From Paramoeba atlantica (taxonomy: Eukaryota; Protista; Discosea), in NCBI GenBank assembly GCA_977017575.1, contig CDRNVI010000026.1, positions 186,001 through 250,000 on the forward strand: a stretch of 64,000 nt of DNA, written 5' to 3'. Of the stretch, positions 43,420 through 53,843 are shown piece by piece. The position numbers and the translations under genes were made by a program. Numbering within the stretch: position 1 is the first letter of the stretch; each line of letters begins with the position of its first letter. A model generated the notes under the pieces. The model searched no databases and was not told the origin of the DNA. It worked only from the letters and a program-made list of their open reading frames with translations.

Positions 43420-45639
43420 TCAGTTATGTTCTGTATCTGACAATGATTCAAGCTCACTATCATTTTCCAGTGAATCAGCATCACCTTGAGTCATATATCC
43501 TAGCTTGTCGCAATTTCCTCGCACGAATATCTGGTGCGATACAACATCGGGAGCAAGGGAGGCCTGGCGTGAGCTATACATATATCCAAGCACGGAAAGC
43601 CAGGAGTCGCACCTGTTGACCAGGGGTGGCGTCCAAACGTAGTGTACGGCAGCTTCGTAAATCGCTGGGAACATTTCACACCCAGGACCACACCACCATT
43701 CGTACTCGTTGCTGAACTTAGACGGATCCCAACTGAAATCGAGGCATGCTAAGTATTTTTCCCACTCATCGGATGAAATACGAAAGATCGGCTGCTCGGC
43801 CGACTGACCGTCCGCATTTTTGTCAAAAACATTATTTGCTCGAGCTACCGAGATGGGGAGAAGACCACAAGGACGAGCGAACTGAACGATCCATCCGGGA
43901 CGGAACCAGAGAACATCGTTCCAAAAGCGCATATTATGATATTTTTGTAGACGAGTCCTGTGATAAAGAAGTGCTTCTCGCATTCGCGAGGGCGCTTCGT
44001 CACTTTCGCTATGTTCGAACAAGAGCTGCAGCGTAGTTCCGACATGAGTTGCCATCGGTTTCCCCGACATGTCTGAAAATTTGTTCAATGCTGAATGCAA
44101 AACGCTGCATTGTTCAAGAAATGTAAAGCAGCTTGCTTTATTTTCCAATGCTCCGTACCGGTCCAGCAAACGCTTACACTTAATAATGGACTTTGACGCC
44201 CGTGCCTTTTCACTTTCGCTGTACAGAAATGCCGATACTGTGTCCATATTCTTCGCCAAAAATTGCATACATGTAAACTTATCCTGACACCAGCGCGTCA
44301 CACCTCCGAGCTTCGGAGTTTCGATACCCTCAGTTTCACGCGCTACTTGCAAAGCACTAATCAATTTCGGTCCCTGAGCAAGAAGCTGGCGATGCTTCTC
44401 GTACCATGACGTGACATTGCATGACAGTGTGGCAATTAGAGAATTGGACATGTCCGGAGATACCTCCTTCAGCTTTTCGAGGCATCCGATTAGAGTAGAT
44501 TGTAGTTGTTGACGGCAGAAAACTGGGGCATCCTCCCCAAGGACATGGTACGATTGACGGAAGGTTTCTTCCGCCTTCAGAACTCCCTGATCGAAGCGAG
44601 CCAGAGCGTGATCCAGAGCAACTCCCTTGTATCTCCCTTTTGCTGCACTCGCTCGTCCTCCTGAATAAAAGGACTGACTGAACGCTTTTTTGAAAAGAAA
44701 GCACGGTGACTCCTCGTAGGGCTTCAAGGTCGTTTGGCAAATGTTATTCAGCATATGACCTATGCAAGACAGGAGTATTATCGAAGGGACACGAGAAGAT
44801 ATGCCTTGCTGAAGTGCTGCAGTGTCACTCTCCCCAATCGGGGAAATTTGGTCATATATGCGTTTGAGAGCTCCTTCGCAATTGTTACGTGCCACGTGAT
44901 TCACAGAACTTCCGTCCGCGATCATGAATTTTAGCTTTAAAAGTCGGTGCTCACCAAGATTCGCCTGAAGAGTAAACACTAGTTGTTCGGCTACTGTTTT
45001 TCCATCAAAAGCACGATGACTAGGAGAATAAATGGGAGGTAAGACGTATTCTTCAGGGCCTACATATAAGACGGACAATAAAATGTGCTCAGACTTTGCT
45101 CGGTCGATTCCTGCATCAACGGCAATTCCGTACACCATGTGTAAGTCAATGGCAGCGCAAAGCTTCTCCCAGACTTCGTGGGCTAAAATTTCACAGTGTT
45201 GATGCCACTGCTTCAAATTTGTTTCCGGAATAGCCTTTTTGATAACATTCGGTGGAAGGTCGGGGCGGAGATCCTCATACTTGCGAATCAGCCAAACGAA
45301 TTTACTCGACGGAAGGTTTGTTAGGGTTTGTAGACATGGGAGCACCTTCCCAGCGAATCTTTGAACGGCCGCTCTCTGAATAAACGAAACCTGCGCAGTC
45401 GCCAAGCGAGCTCGCTCCACGCCCTCACGACACTTGCGTACATGCTTATGATAGACGTTTTTAAATCGGCAATGAGATTGAAACGTGCAACCCTCTGTCG
45501 TGCACACAAAGTGTACTTTTTGGTTAATGGGGTCTGTGAGAACATTCAAACAGCACAGTTTGAAACAATATTCCGGAATTCCATAATCAAAGTAACTTGT
45601 GAACGGGAAGACCCATCCCCTCAGCTCGCAGCCAACCAA
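43420..45639 (-). CDS. hAT-superfamily transposase-like protein (739 aa)
   Basis: N-terminal C/H zinc motif, GIAVDAG, MIADGSSVN, CIGHMLN (CxxH), GVTRW, and a dimerization-like C-terminus WW...FPAIYEAA...PPLVNRCDSWLS. GGGTAA/TTACCC subterminal repeats at 43050-43125. Confidence 0.8.
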   Translation of the reverse strand: MVGCELRGWVFPFTSYFDYGIPEYCFKLCCLNVLTDPINQKVHFVCTTEGCTFQSHCRFKNVYHKHVRKCREGVERARLATAQVSFIQRAAVQRFAGKVLPCLQTLTNLPSSKFVWLIRKYEDLRPDLPPNVIKKAIPETNLKQWHQHCEILAHEVWEKLCAAIDLHMVYGIAVDAGIDRAKSEHILLSVLYVGPEEYVLPPIYSPSHRAFDGKTVAEQLVFTLQANLGEHRLLKLKFMIADGSSVNHVARNNCEGALKRIYDQISPIGESDTAALQQGISSRVPSIILLSCIGHMLNNICQTTLKPYEESPCFLFKKAFSQSFYSGGRASAAKGRYKGVALDHALARFDQGVLKAEETFRQSYHVLGEDAPVFCRQQLQSTLIGCLEKLKEVSPDMSNSLIATLSCNVTSWYEKHRQLLAQGPKLISALQVARETEGIETPKLGGVTRWCQDKFTCMQFLAKNMDTVSAFLYSESEKARASKSIIKCKRLLDRYGALENKASCFTFLEQCSVLHSALNKFSDMSGKPMATHVGTTLQLLFEHSESDEAPSRMREALLYHRTRLQKYHNMRFWNDVLWFRPGWIVQFARPCGLLPISVARANNVFDKNADGQSAEQPIFRISSDEWEKYLACLDFSWDPSKFSNEYEWWCGPGCEMFPAIYEAAVHYVWTPPLVNRCDSWLSVLGYMYSSRQASLAPDVVSHQIFVRGNCDKLGYMTQGDADSLENDSELESLSDTEHN

Positions 45640-46106
45640 CCATTTCTGATGATTCTATATAAATAAGTTTTTTTCTTTTTTTTTTTTGATGATTCTATGT
45701 AAAAAGTTTTTTTTTTTTTTTTAGTATTGAGTTTAACGTTTTTATCTACTTTTCGAACACTTTTCGAACTTTTGTTTCTTTTTTTTTAGCCCAAAACTAG
45801 CAATTTAATCTCCCCTATGTGTATACTACAAACAAGAAACAGTGAAAACTAAAACAAGCAATCCATGCCCAATCCATTCGCGGGTTCCGAACCGGGTCTT
45901 TCGACCTCTCCACGGCCTGACTTGTGAACCCTTCCCTTGTTATATGGGAGTTTTTTTTTTTACATAGTACAAAAGAGCACTCGAAGGCTGACCAGTCCTC
46001 CATAGTACCACTAAAATTCAATGAAACTACTAGAATATGAATCTAAATTATTTATGCGTATAGTGAGTTAGCCAATTTATTTAATAATAAGTATGTGATT
46101 TATCAC

Positions 46107-48280
46107 TCAAAATGCCCTACTAATCGGATCCGCTGGATTTTGGGAAAATGCGACATAGCTCGCTTTAATGCAAATCCCTTTACGCTTCGCTTCCTCCAGA
46201 ACTACCAAAAGATTTTTTGCAATATTGTCTGACTTTGACATTTTCCGGTTGAGTGCTTCTTTGCACGAAGTATTGTCAACGAAAAGATCAAGACATGTTC
46301 CGCGCGTGAGATGCTTACTAAATTCGGGGATAGCTAAACGCACTGCAGTCGCCTCCGCATTGTCTACCTCATATCTTGTACCGGGTTCCCAAGGCTTTCC
46401 TGCCACAAGAACTTCCCCTGAATCCAAATACAGTATCCCACCCCATCCTTTGTTTGACGCATCCGTATATAGTCGATGCTTATGTGATACTAAATCCGGG
46501 TGAGGGAGTGCCTTAATCGGAGTGTTTCGAACTACTTCATCTCGCCACTGGGCCAAAATGATCCGTGTCTTGCGTGGGAGATCAACAGGTTTCCTCCCTA
46601 TCCAAGGACACCGGTTCAGCAAATTGATACGTCTTTGTGCGATCTTGATCGCAAAATGAAAGCGTGGGATTATAATTCCCAGAACCGCCGACGAGTACAA
46701 AAGGCGCCCCACCGCCGCCTCCAAATCAATGAAACTGAGCTCATAAAACTTATCGTTTTTGAGTTTTCGGACAACACGTGGTCCCAGGCTGACCTTGTGT
46801 GTCTTATGATTGTTTTGATGTTCATGCGCTCGTTGGCGCAGAGATACAGCCCTTGATGCGACAGCCGATATCATCGGCACAATCCGTATTGACGGATGTC
46901 GCACCAAGGGGGTTTAGCTCGGACTCTGTCGGTAGAGGGGGTCCAGGCAACTCGCCCTCTCTTTACGCAGCCGGAGGGGCGTACTGCAACCGACTCGGTC
47001 CCAGTCGGTAGAGGTGGTCCAGGCAACTCACCACCTCTTTATGCAGCCGGAGGGGCGCACTGCAACCGACCGCTGCCTCGCGATAAGACGAGGCAGAGCC
47101 ACGCCCAGTGGTCCTCAAGGGAGGCCACCATGGCTCATGGCTCCCCGGGAAGAAAAGGGCGCGAAGGGAAGAAAGCCGGGGAGGGAAGAAAACCCACTCA
47201 AGGAGTGAGCCGGGGAGGGGTGATGGGGTGGAAGCGCGTCCCCTACTTCGCCGAGAAAGAGGGACAGTTTCGGCCTTAGTGCCGGCCGGCAAAGGGCATA
47301 TAAACAGTAAGACTATGCCCGTTGCCGGGGAAAGAAAAGATGAACTAAAGGAAAATGTACAACAAGGTACAGAAACTGTATCTTTATATAACACACTCCA
47401 TTAAACACATAACAGATGGCCGGTTCTGACCCTTCCTCCTTAAACTTCCCATCGCTTTTCGCGCATCTTTCATCAACAAAGCGCACATAATTCTGAGCTT
47501 CTTCCTGGGTTCCAGAAAACCGAACCCCGTCAATGTACACGTCCATCGCGGCACTTGAAAAGGATGATTCAGCCTTGCATACACTTGGAAGACCAGCAAG
47601 AGCTGATGTAATTGTCTGCCTAACTTCTGGGGCACATCTATGCCCCATTGGAAGAACATTCATTTCGTACGTAGCTCCTTTGGAAATAAATCTAAACTTA
47701 CGACGAGCTTCCAACGGCACCGACACTTGATAAAAACCACATCTCAAATCCCTCTTGACCCCCACACAGTCATCAACGCGGTGTAAATACTTACTCGGGT
47801 GAAGCAGTGGTACATTCGGCACATACTCCTTTAGGCGAGTGTTATCTGCTCGCGATCAGGAGATAAATCGTCTCCTCTCTTTACCCTCCTCATCTTGTTC
47901 TATGACAGTAAAGGGTATAACGAACTGGGCGGTCGGACGGTTTATTACTTCTTCAGAGGTTACTTGCGAGATAATGCCAGCTTCTAATAGCAGTTTGATA
48001 TCAGAGGAAGGTAAAGAATTAACCCCGGTCGGCTGCTTTTCAGGTTTCTCATCTGGTACGTAAAAAAGTTGATTCAACACTTCCTCAAAACGCTGTTTCG
48101 CATTCAAGTTCATCCATGATTTAATTACGTCCAATTTCAATATGGGTGTGTCTTTTTTAACATGCAACGCTATGTTAAAATCCTTGGCGCGTGCGAGTTT
48201 AGAAGATCTTCGCGCGCAAGTCAATGAGTGCCTCTTCAAGCACGGCACCTCAGAGTAAAGTTGCTCCAACAATTCTGGTG
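46107..48280 (-). CDS. RT/RNase H of the VIPER/TATE-like element, broken by an in-frame TGA (47856-47858) and a 576-bp insertion
   Basis: LHVK, FVIPFTVIE..RRRFIS*, DLRCGFYQV, LPMGH, VYIDGVRF, FNGVCY|NHKTHKV, LYTDASNKGWGG, FVDNTS, NPADPISR. Confidence 0.85.
46812..47387 (-). mobile_element. 576-bp SL-headed non-coding retroposed element inserted in the RT gene
   Basis: Starts ATAAAGATACAGTTTCTGTACCTTGTTG. Removing it restores ...GTG TGT TAT|AAT CAT AAG in frame. Its 3' part recurs at 12975-13158 and 36271-36365. Confidence 0.8.
47360..47387 (-). other. SL exon-like sequence, spliced form
   Basis: ATAAAGATACAGTTTCTGTACCTTGTTG followed by TAC, not GT. Confidence 0.8.
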
Positions 48281-49364
48281 TCATATCGGGAGTCGTGCAG
48301 ATACCCGTTGCGTCCCGAGAGCCCTCGCTGTCGTTACCTGATTGGCATTGTACCTCAGTAGACTCTCTAGACTGAGGTGCTTCGTCATGTTTTGGACGTC
48401 GGTGATGGACATGTTTCCCGCCGCCACTTCGTTGAATAGCAAGGTTACTGCTCCCCTTTTGATGGAATGCGTGCCGTAACCACTGCCCAAGATTTCCCGG
48501 ATTTTCTTGTCCATTTGGGAGATCTCCGTGTAGCACATTCTCCCCCCTCTTGGAAGGCGTCCCATATATTCTGCAAGCTCGGTCGCCCCGGGGCCGGTCA
48601 CTATTGCATACATATATGGTCTGTAAGGGTTCATTCTCGTGGACTTCGTCGACCGTCCCCAGTAGACTACCACTTCCTCTTGCGTGCTTTTCAGTATTTG
48701 ATCCGGACCTAGTTCTGCTGCTTCCGTCCAACGAGCCGCTGTTTTCCAACACAGTAACACCGTCATGCTCTCTGACGGCGACAGATTTCTCCTTAAGATT
48801 CGGAGCAACAAGGGGGTAATCGGAAGCATCTGCCTCTTTGGTTCTAGCGCGCCTTGTGCTTGCAATGCTTTCCCGTACATTTTCAAAGGCTTCGTTTCCC
48901 ATCAGTACCAGGAGAGTTTGAAGATTCCGAGCATAAGCGAGTTTCGTCGAAGTTGCTAACTTTAATGAGTCCACGAATTGGACTGCACTTAGAGCGCTTT
49001 GTGACAAGTGAAACTGCGCGCAAAATTTGTTCATTCGAACCCAGAGTCTCTCTCTGGTTGCCCACGTGCTGGTCGCCCACATGGGCTCGATAGCCTCCCG
49101 AACTATTCGGCCGTGTGGGTCTCGTGAGTCGATCCGTAAGAGATCGCACATCAGATCTGACCTCGCTCGTTTGGCTCCCAACGGAGACGCAGAGCGTGTC
49201 GCTCCGCACGAGTTGATTCTTCCCCGAAGTTGAATTCGATGAACCGGATTTGCAACAAATGCATCGCTTGGTAAGGAGAAAGATAAATTCGGAGATAAGC
49301 CTGGTAATTTCACCCTCCGTATCCTTAACGGACGGGCACGAGGAATTATCGGGGTGGGGCACAT
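48281..49364 (-). CDS. Tyrosine recombinase (one frameshift near 48897)
   Basis: N-terminal AIEPMWATSTW..F..F...T...YA; catalytic part TAARWTE (R), KST (K), HSIKR (HxxR), TKH, LLRY (Y). Confidence 0.85.
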
Positions 49365-49367
49365 TTC

Positions 49368-50384
49368 CTATTCCGTGCGTCTTACGCCTGTCTGGGCGCT
49401 GCTCGCCACCCCCGGGCGAAAAACCGTCTTCGTACCTGCGCTATGCAGACGCGGACACTGATTTCGGTAGTGCCCTGGCTGTCGGCAATTAAAACACACG
49501 CGACCTCCTTTCGAAGTCCGAGGACGATTACTACACAGTTGTTCTTCAGTCATAATCTGGCCGTAGCGATCGTTGGGATCGTCGTCTTTATGAAGTCCCT
49601 GTTGCACACGTTCAACAGGAGCCCCCGTCGAGGCCCAGTAATGGTTTCTGAGTTCTTCTACCAGCATCTCCGCAATGCACAGGAATTGTTCATCCTTCCA
49701 TCCTTCCATAACTCGTGCTGCATAAATCCATTTCACAAGAATTGCGAACAAACGTTCACGATGTGCAGGGGGGTTAAAACGAACACCCAACTGAGGAGAC
49801 TCACGAAGTTCCCGAATCAACTCGCGAGGTTTGAATTCGTCGAGAGATTCAATCCAAGCTGCCCAAGTAAGAGGAACAAATGCGGAAAACTTCGCCGGGT
49901 CAGCAATCTGCAATTCTTGCATCGCTGTCAACTGATCATCACGTGGCTTCCCCCCAGGCATCGCTTTGTACACCTTGACTATCGATAGTGAGAAATAATC
50001 AATCAAGGGGTGAGGAAACTCATATTCATTGTCGGGCTCGTCATCCCAAGAGGCCCACAACTCAAAGGAATTACTGCCTCTAGCACGTTTACGGTACACG
50101 TCTCCTACCACAGTTTGAATCGTGTCATCCTGCTGCTCCGCCCACCGTGCTTCTACCCGCACCTTAAAACCTCGTTCGAGCAGTGTCAAAATCTTCTTGC
50201 CAAACTCTTCCTTGTCTGTCGCAGACATCCGAACGCTCCCGTTTCCGTTGCGCAACAAACTCTCAACTTGGTCAAGGTTGAGAACTTGTTCAGTCTGAGT
50301 TTCTGGAGCACCACGCTCCGGCGCACCAGGGGTGCCGAAAACTTGATGTGTCATAATTGCGAAAACGAGTGAAGCTTTACCCAA
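49368..50384 (-). CDS. Gag-like protein with a CCHC zinc knuckle
   Basis: CFNCRQPGHYRNQC; first ORF of the element. Confidence 0.8.
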   Translation of the reverse strand: MGKASLVFAIMTHQVFGTPGAPERGAPETQTEQVLNLDQVESLLRNGNGSVRMSATDKEEFGKKILTLLERGFKVRVEARWAEQQDDTIQTVVGDVYRKRARGSNSFELWASWDDEPDNEYEFPHPLIDYFSLSIVKVYKAMPGGKPRDDQLTAMQELQIADPAKFSAFVPLTWAAWIESLDEFKPRELIRELRESPQLGVRFNPPAHRERLFAILVKWIYAARVMEGWKDEQFLCIAEMLVEELRNHYWASTGAPVERVQQGLHKDDDPNDRYGQIMTEEQLCSNRPRTSKGGRVCFNCRQPGHYRNQCPRLHSAGTKTVFRPGVASSAQTGVRRTE

Positions 50385-50549
50385 ATAGAATAGTCACTAA
50401 TACAGTCACATAAGAATAAAATCAATTTCACGCGAAAATGCATACAGTTCATACACGTACATAATTATTAACAAACCCTGCTCAAATATAATCCCTCCTG
50501 AATTTCAATCCGTAAACTTTTAAGATTTTTTAGAGACGGAGGCGAGCAA

Positions 50550-51480
50550 CTATTTGTTTGAGGAATAAAACGGTTCTGAGTTCGGCTTGTTCAACATTGC
50601 TGGGCACTCAGATTTACGGTGACCTTCGACACCACAACTGTAGCACCATATTCGAAATGTGTCCACCCCCGCACGGAATCCATGACGACCTAGATGCTGT
50701 GCGGTCGGTCCCGAGAGTGAAGGACGCTGAGGAACGTTTGATCGTGCCATAGGACGGAATGAACGCATATCAGCTGGTGCTTCATGTCCTCGTAAGGAAA
50801 AGGATGCATTTCCCCAACCATGGACCGCCTGTACAAAGAGCTCTCGCTCTCCACACTCCATCAGGGAGCGATGAGCCAGAACGACGAGACCGATAGGAGA
50901 GAGCAGTCCTCCACGAAATCACTTCTCCGACGCCAATTCGCACTGCACCGTCTCGTCTCCTATCAATGTTTGATATAGGCTGTCACAACAGACGTAATCA
51001 TAGGTCTGCTACTGACGGCGCCGCAAAGCAATCAAGGAGAATAGATCGGCAAACACCCAGAAGAACGCAAGGCGATCGGACGCGGGGGCCATACTCCAGT
51101 CGCGACCACCCGAAGGGTGGCGCTCAAGCTCACTTATGACGCGGGCGTAACTACCTTCCGTAGCCACGCGAGAACGGAGGAGAACTACGCGTCGCAAAGC
51201 ACCGTTAATTCACCAACTTCACCAGGAAAGTTTCGGAGCTGACACAACTTTTTCAGAAAGAAAAAAACTTTGGGAGACTAAGAGGTCCCAATATTGTTTC
51301 TTGCCTGTGCTAGTATGCGACGACATACCATACCAAGATTTTTTTCATGGTGCTCTCGTGCCTTTTCTGCCTGCAGCACGTCTTCATGTGCCTCTGACTC
51401 CGTCGAGCGGCTTCGGGAGCTCGTGGACCACGAGGGAAAGCGTGCCCCTAGGCGTTTGATTTTGAAAACAAAACACTTCG
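50550..51480 (-). pseudogene. Degenerate gag-like ORF of a second element
   Basis: CYSCGVEGHRKSEC knuckle at the C-terminus; interrupted coding-like frames upstream. Confidence 0.5.
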
Positions 51481-52170
51481 AAATAATTTCATTTTGAGTC
51501 GCTTTGTTAACCCAAGTGCACAGAACATAATTTATGAGGTCTTCCTTTTACGAACGTCTAGTTGTGTGATGGAACATAATTTTCTAATGAATAGAAAGGA
51601 AATTATCAGAACATAATTTGATTACATCATTTTTTTGATCCTTTTAATTAGACATGGCCCGTCTAATGTCAATCGGCCCAGTATCTTATCCACAACACCG
51701 TAAGCGCACTCACACTCCTTACCAGATCCCTTGCCGCATCCCACAACATCTTCGGCTTACCAATTTTAGAGGCCCTGTTTTTGACCCCCCCTCCTAGCGT
51801 TGATTTTCGCCATAACCAGGCAACGCTAGGATAGGGGGGGAAGTATAGGTTTTTGAGGTAGGTAAAATTAAATCACTTTTTTTTGTAAAGATCACAATTC
51901 AATTTAATTATCAATTTAATATTAAATTCAAATTTAATTTCACCTATCACTATGGCGGAAGCAACCACAAGTATCAACCTTCCTTGGGAAGGACGGTTTT
52001 GCTTTATAGGCTTTTCCATTCCCACTTTGCGACGTATTCCTCCATGACGCTCATTGGGATATGAGAATTCAGTATTTGCACGGCAACGTTAGGCATCGGT
52101 GGAATGAAAAAAGGGTCTTATGAAAACTGTTTTATGTACATATACGTTTTTACATAGTTTAGGTTCGACG

Positions 52171-52240
52171 CCGAATTCTACGCGTTCTACGGCAAAAGAA
52201 TAATTCTACGTCGAATTCTACGGCCATTCTACGTAGAACA
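52171..52240. repeat. Cluster of (A)TTCTACG motifs, 5 copies plus an inverted GTAGAA
   Basis: Directly visible. Confidence 0.65.
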
Positions 52241-52286
52241 CCTAGAACAAAAATAATTGTTTTAGGGAAAAATTATTCTTGGAAAA

Positions 52287-53681
52287 TTGAAGGATGAGTT
52301 CAGTGATCTGACGCTTTGGGCTTACCTAGACGACCTTTCAATCATCGGCCCGGCAGAACGTGTCGCACAGGCGTTTGGCGCTCTCTGTGATCACGCTTCG
52401 GGAATAGGACTGGAGGTACATCCAGCCAAATGTAAGCTTTCGACGCATTTCAATGACCAGTACGCTCCTTTCAGAGGTATGAACATAGAGCATGCGGAGC
52501 AAGGACAAAAGCTCCTAGGTGCATTCGTCTCCAAGGAAGGCGCGGATGAAACCAGATGGGTAGTCAACCAAATGCCTAAATTGCAGACATTCCTGGATCG
52601 GCTGCAACATCTCTCGTTACAAAGTGCTTACATTTTGCTGAAGAGATGTGGAGTCCCCCGGTGGGACTACCTAATGCGGTGTCATGAGCCGGAGGTAACG
52701 GCAAAAGCCAACGTGTTAGCGGACAAGGCCATACAGGAGTGTGCCTCAGAGCTGCTAGGAGGCTTCGAAGACCTGGAAAAGAACCCGTTTCACAGTACTC
52801 TCATGACGGGCGACCTTTTGGGGACGAAACCTTTTGCGCAGCAAGCGGCAACTCTGTATTCTCGCACAAAAGCTGAGGTATTAGGGTGTATGGAAAGACG
52901 ACGTTCTGCCTTGACAAGATATGAAGAATCGAAGTCAGCAGTGCGTAAAGAAACCAGCGAACTACATGACGTCCATTCACTTCAGTTGATGGACAAGAGA
53001 ACGCGCAATTGGACCGAGGCGCGTAGGAATCGGGGTGAGTACTTCATGCGCGACGCAGAATGGCAAACAGCCATGCGCATGCGATACTTGATAGCACCTA
53101 CTTCGGACCCTTTCGCACAATGTGAGTGCGGAGACATCCTCTCAAACAAAGATTTTGTTGTGCACGCCCTTGACTGCAATAAAGTCAAAGGCGACACTGC
53201 GGCCACTCGCCACAAACTTGTTAAGAATGCCTTCGTGCACTTGCTACGACAGTACGGATTCACTCCTGACAATCATGAACCCCGATTCTCTGCTGGTCAG
53301 GGCCCCGACGTCTGCTTTATGCTGGGAGGGAAGATATGTCTGGTGGACGTGACCGTCGTTAACCCCCTCGCCCCTTCTTATGTTAAGGCCGAATGGGTAG
53401 CGCCTGGCAACACTCTAGAAAGGGTGGAAAGCTTGAAAGTAAAAGCGCACAGTGACATGGCCACGAAAAGGGGTATGCATTTCTACCCCCTTGCATTTAC
53501 CGCTTTTGGTGTGGCAGGGAAGCGCACCGTACTCCTCCTAAAGGAGATCGCAAGGTATACGTATGACAGGAAAGGTTTCCTGCGTCATGCACTACAAGCC
53601 ATCAATGTGGCTGTTCAAAAAGGCAACGCCGCGATACTATCCTCCGCGATAAAAGAGTGGAGGAAGGCGGGTGTCCGCTAA
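52287..53681 (+). mobile_element. 5'-truncated CRE-clade element of a diverged family (RT C-terminal part plus RLE, open 464 aa)
   Basis: WAYLDD, CECG..HALDC, RHKLVK, GPDVCF, VDVTVVNP, PLAFTAFG, QKGNA; collinear with 6783..8231. Confidence 0.9.
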
Positions 53682-53843
53682 TTGAAAATGCGAAATGAAG
53701 TACGCATTACAAAAATTATTGTTGTAAAATGTATCTCATACTCTACCCATAGAAACTGTGAAACGCAAAATACGTCCTAAATAGGCATGCCCAAACGTGC
53801 TTGACGCGAAGAATACTTCACTCCCATGACGAATAACCATGAA

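Larger units (their letters stand above)
46040..50420 (-). mobile_element. VIPER/TATE-like tyrosine-recombinase (DIRS-order) retroelement: gag - YR - RT/RNase H
   Basis: Gene order and motifs given below. Ends approximate; no terminal repeats identified. Confidence 0.82.

Noticed and set aside
47250-47290. Hammerhead ribozyme (GGCCGAAAC...GTC on the minus strand)
   Set aside because: No CTGANGA core at a suitable position and stem III cannot form.
47856-47858. Nuclear TGA=Trp reassignment
   Set aside because: Several LRR genes and the CX9C gene end in TGA at sensible positions, and Trp is encoded by TGG throughout.
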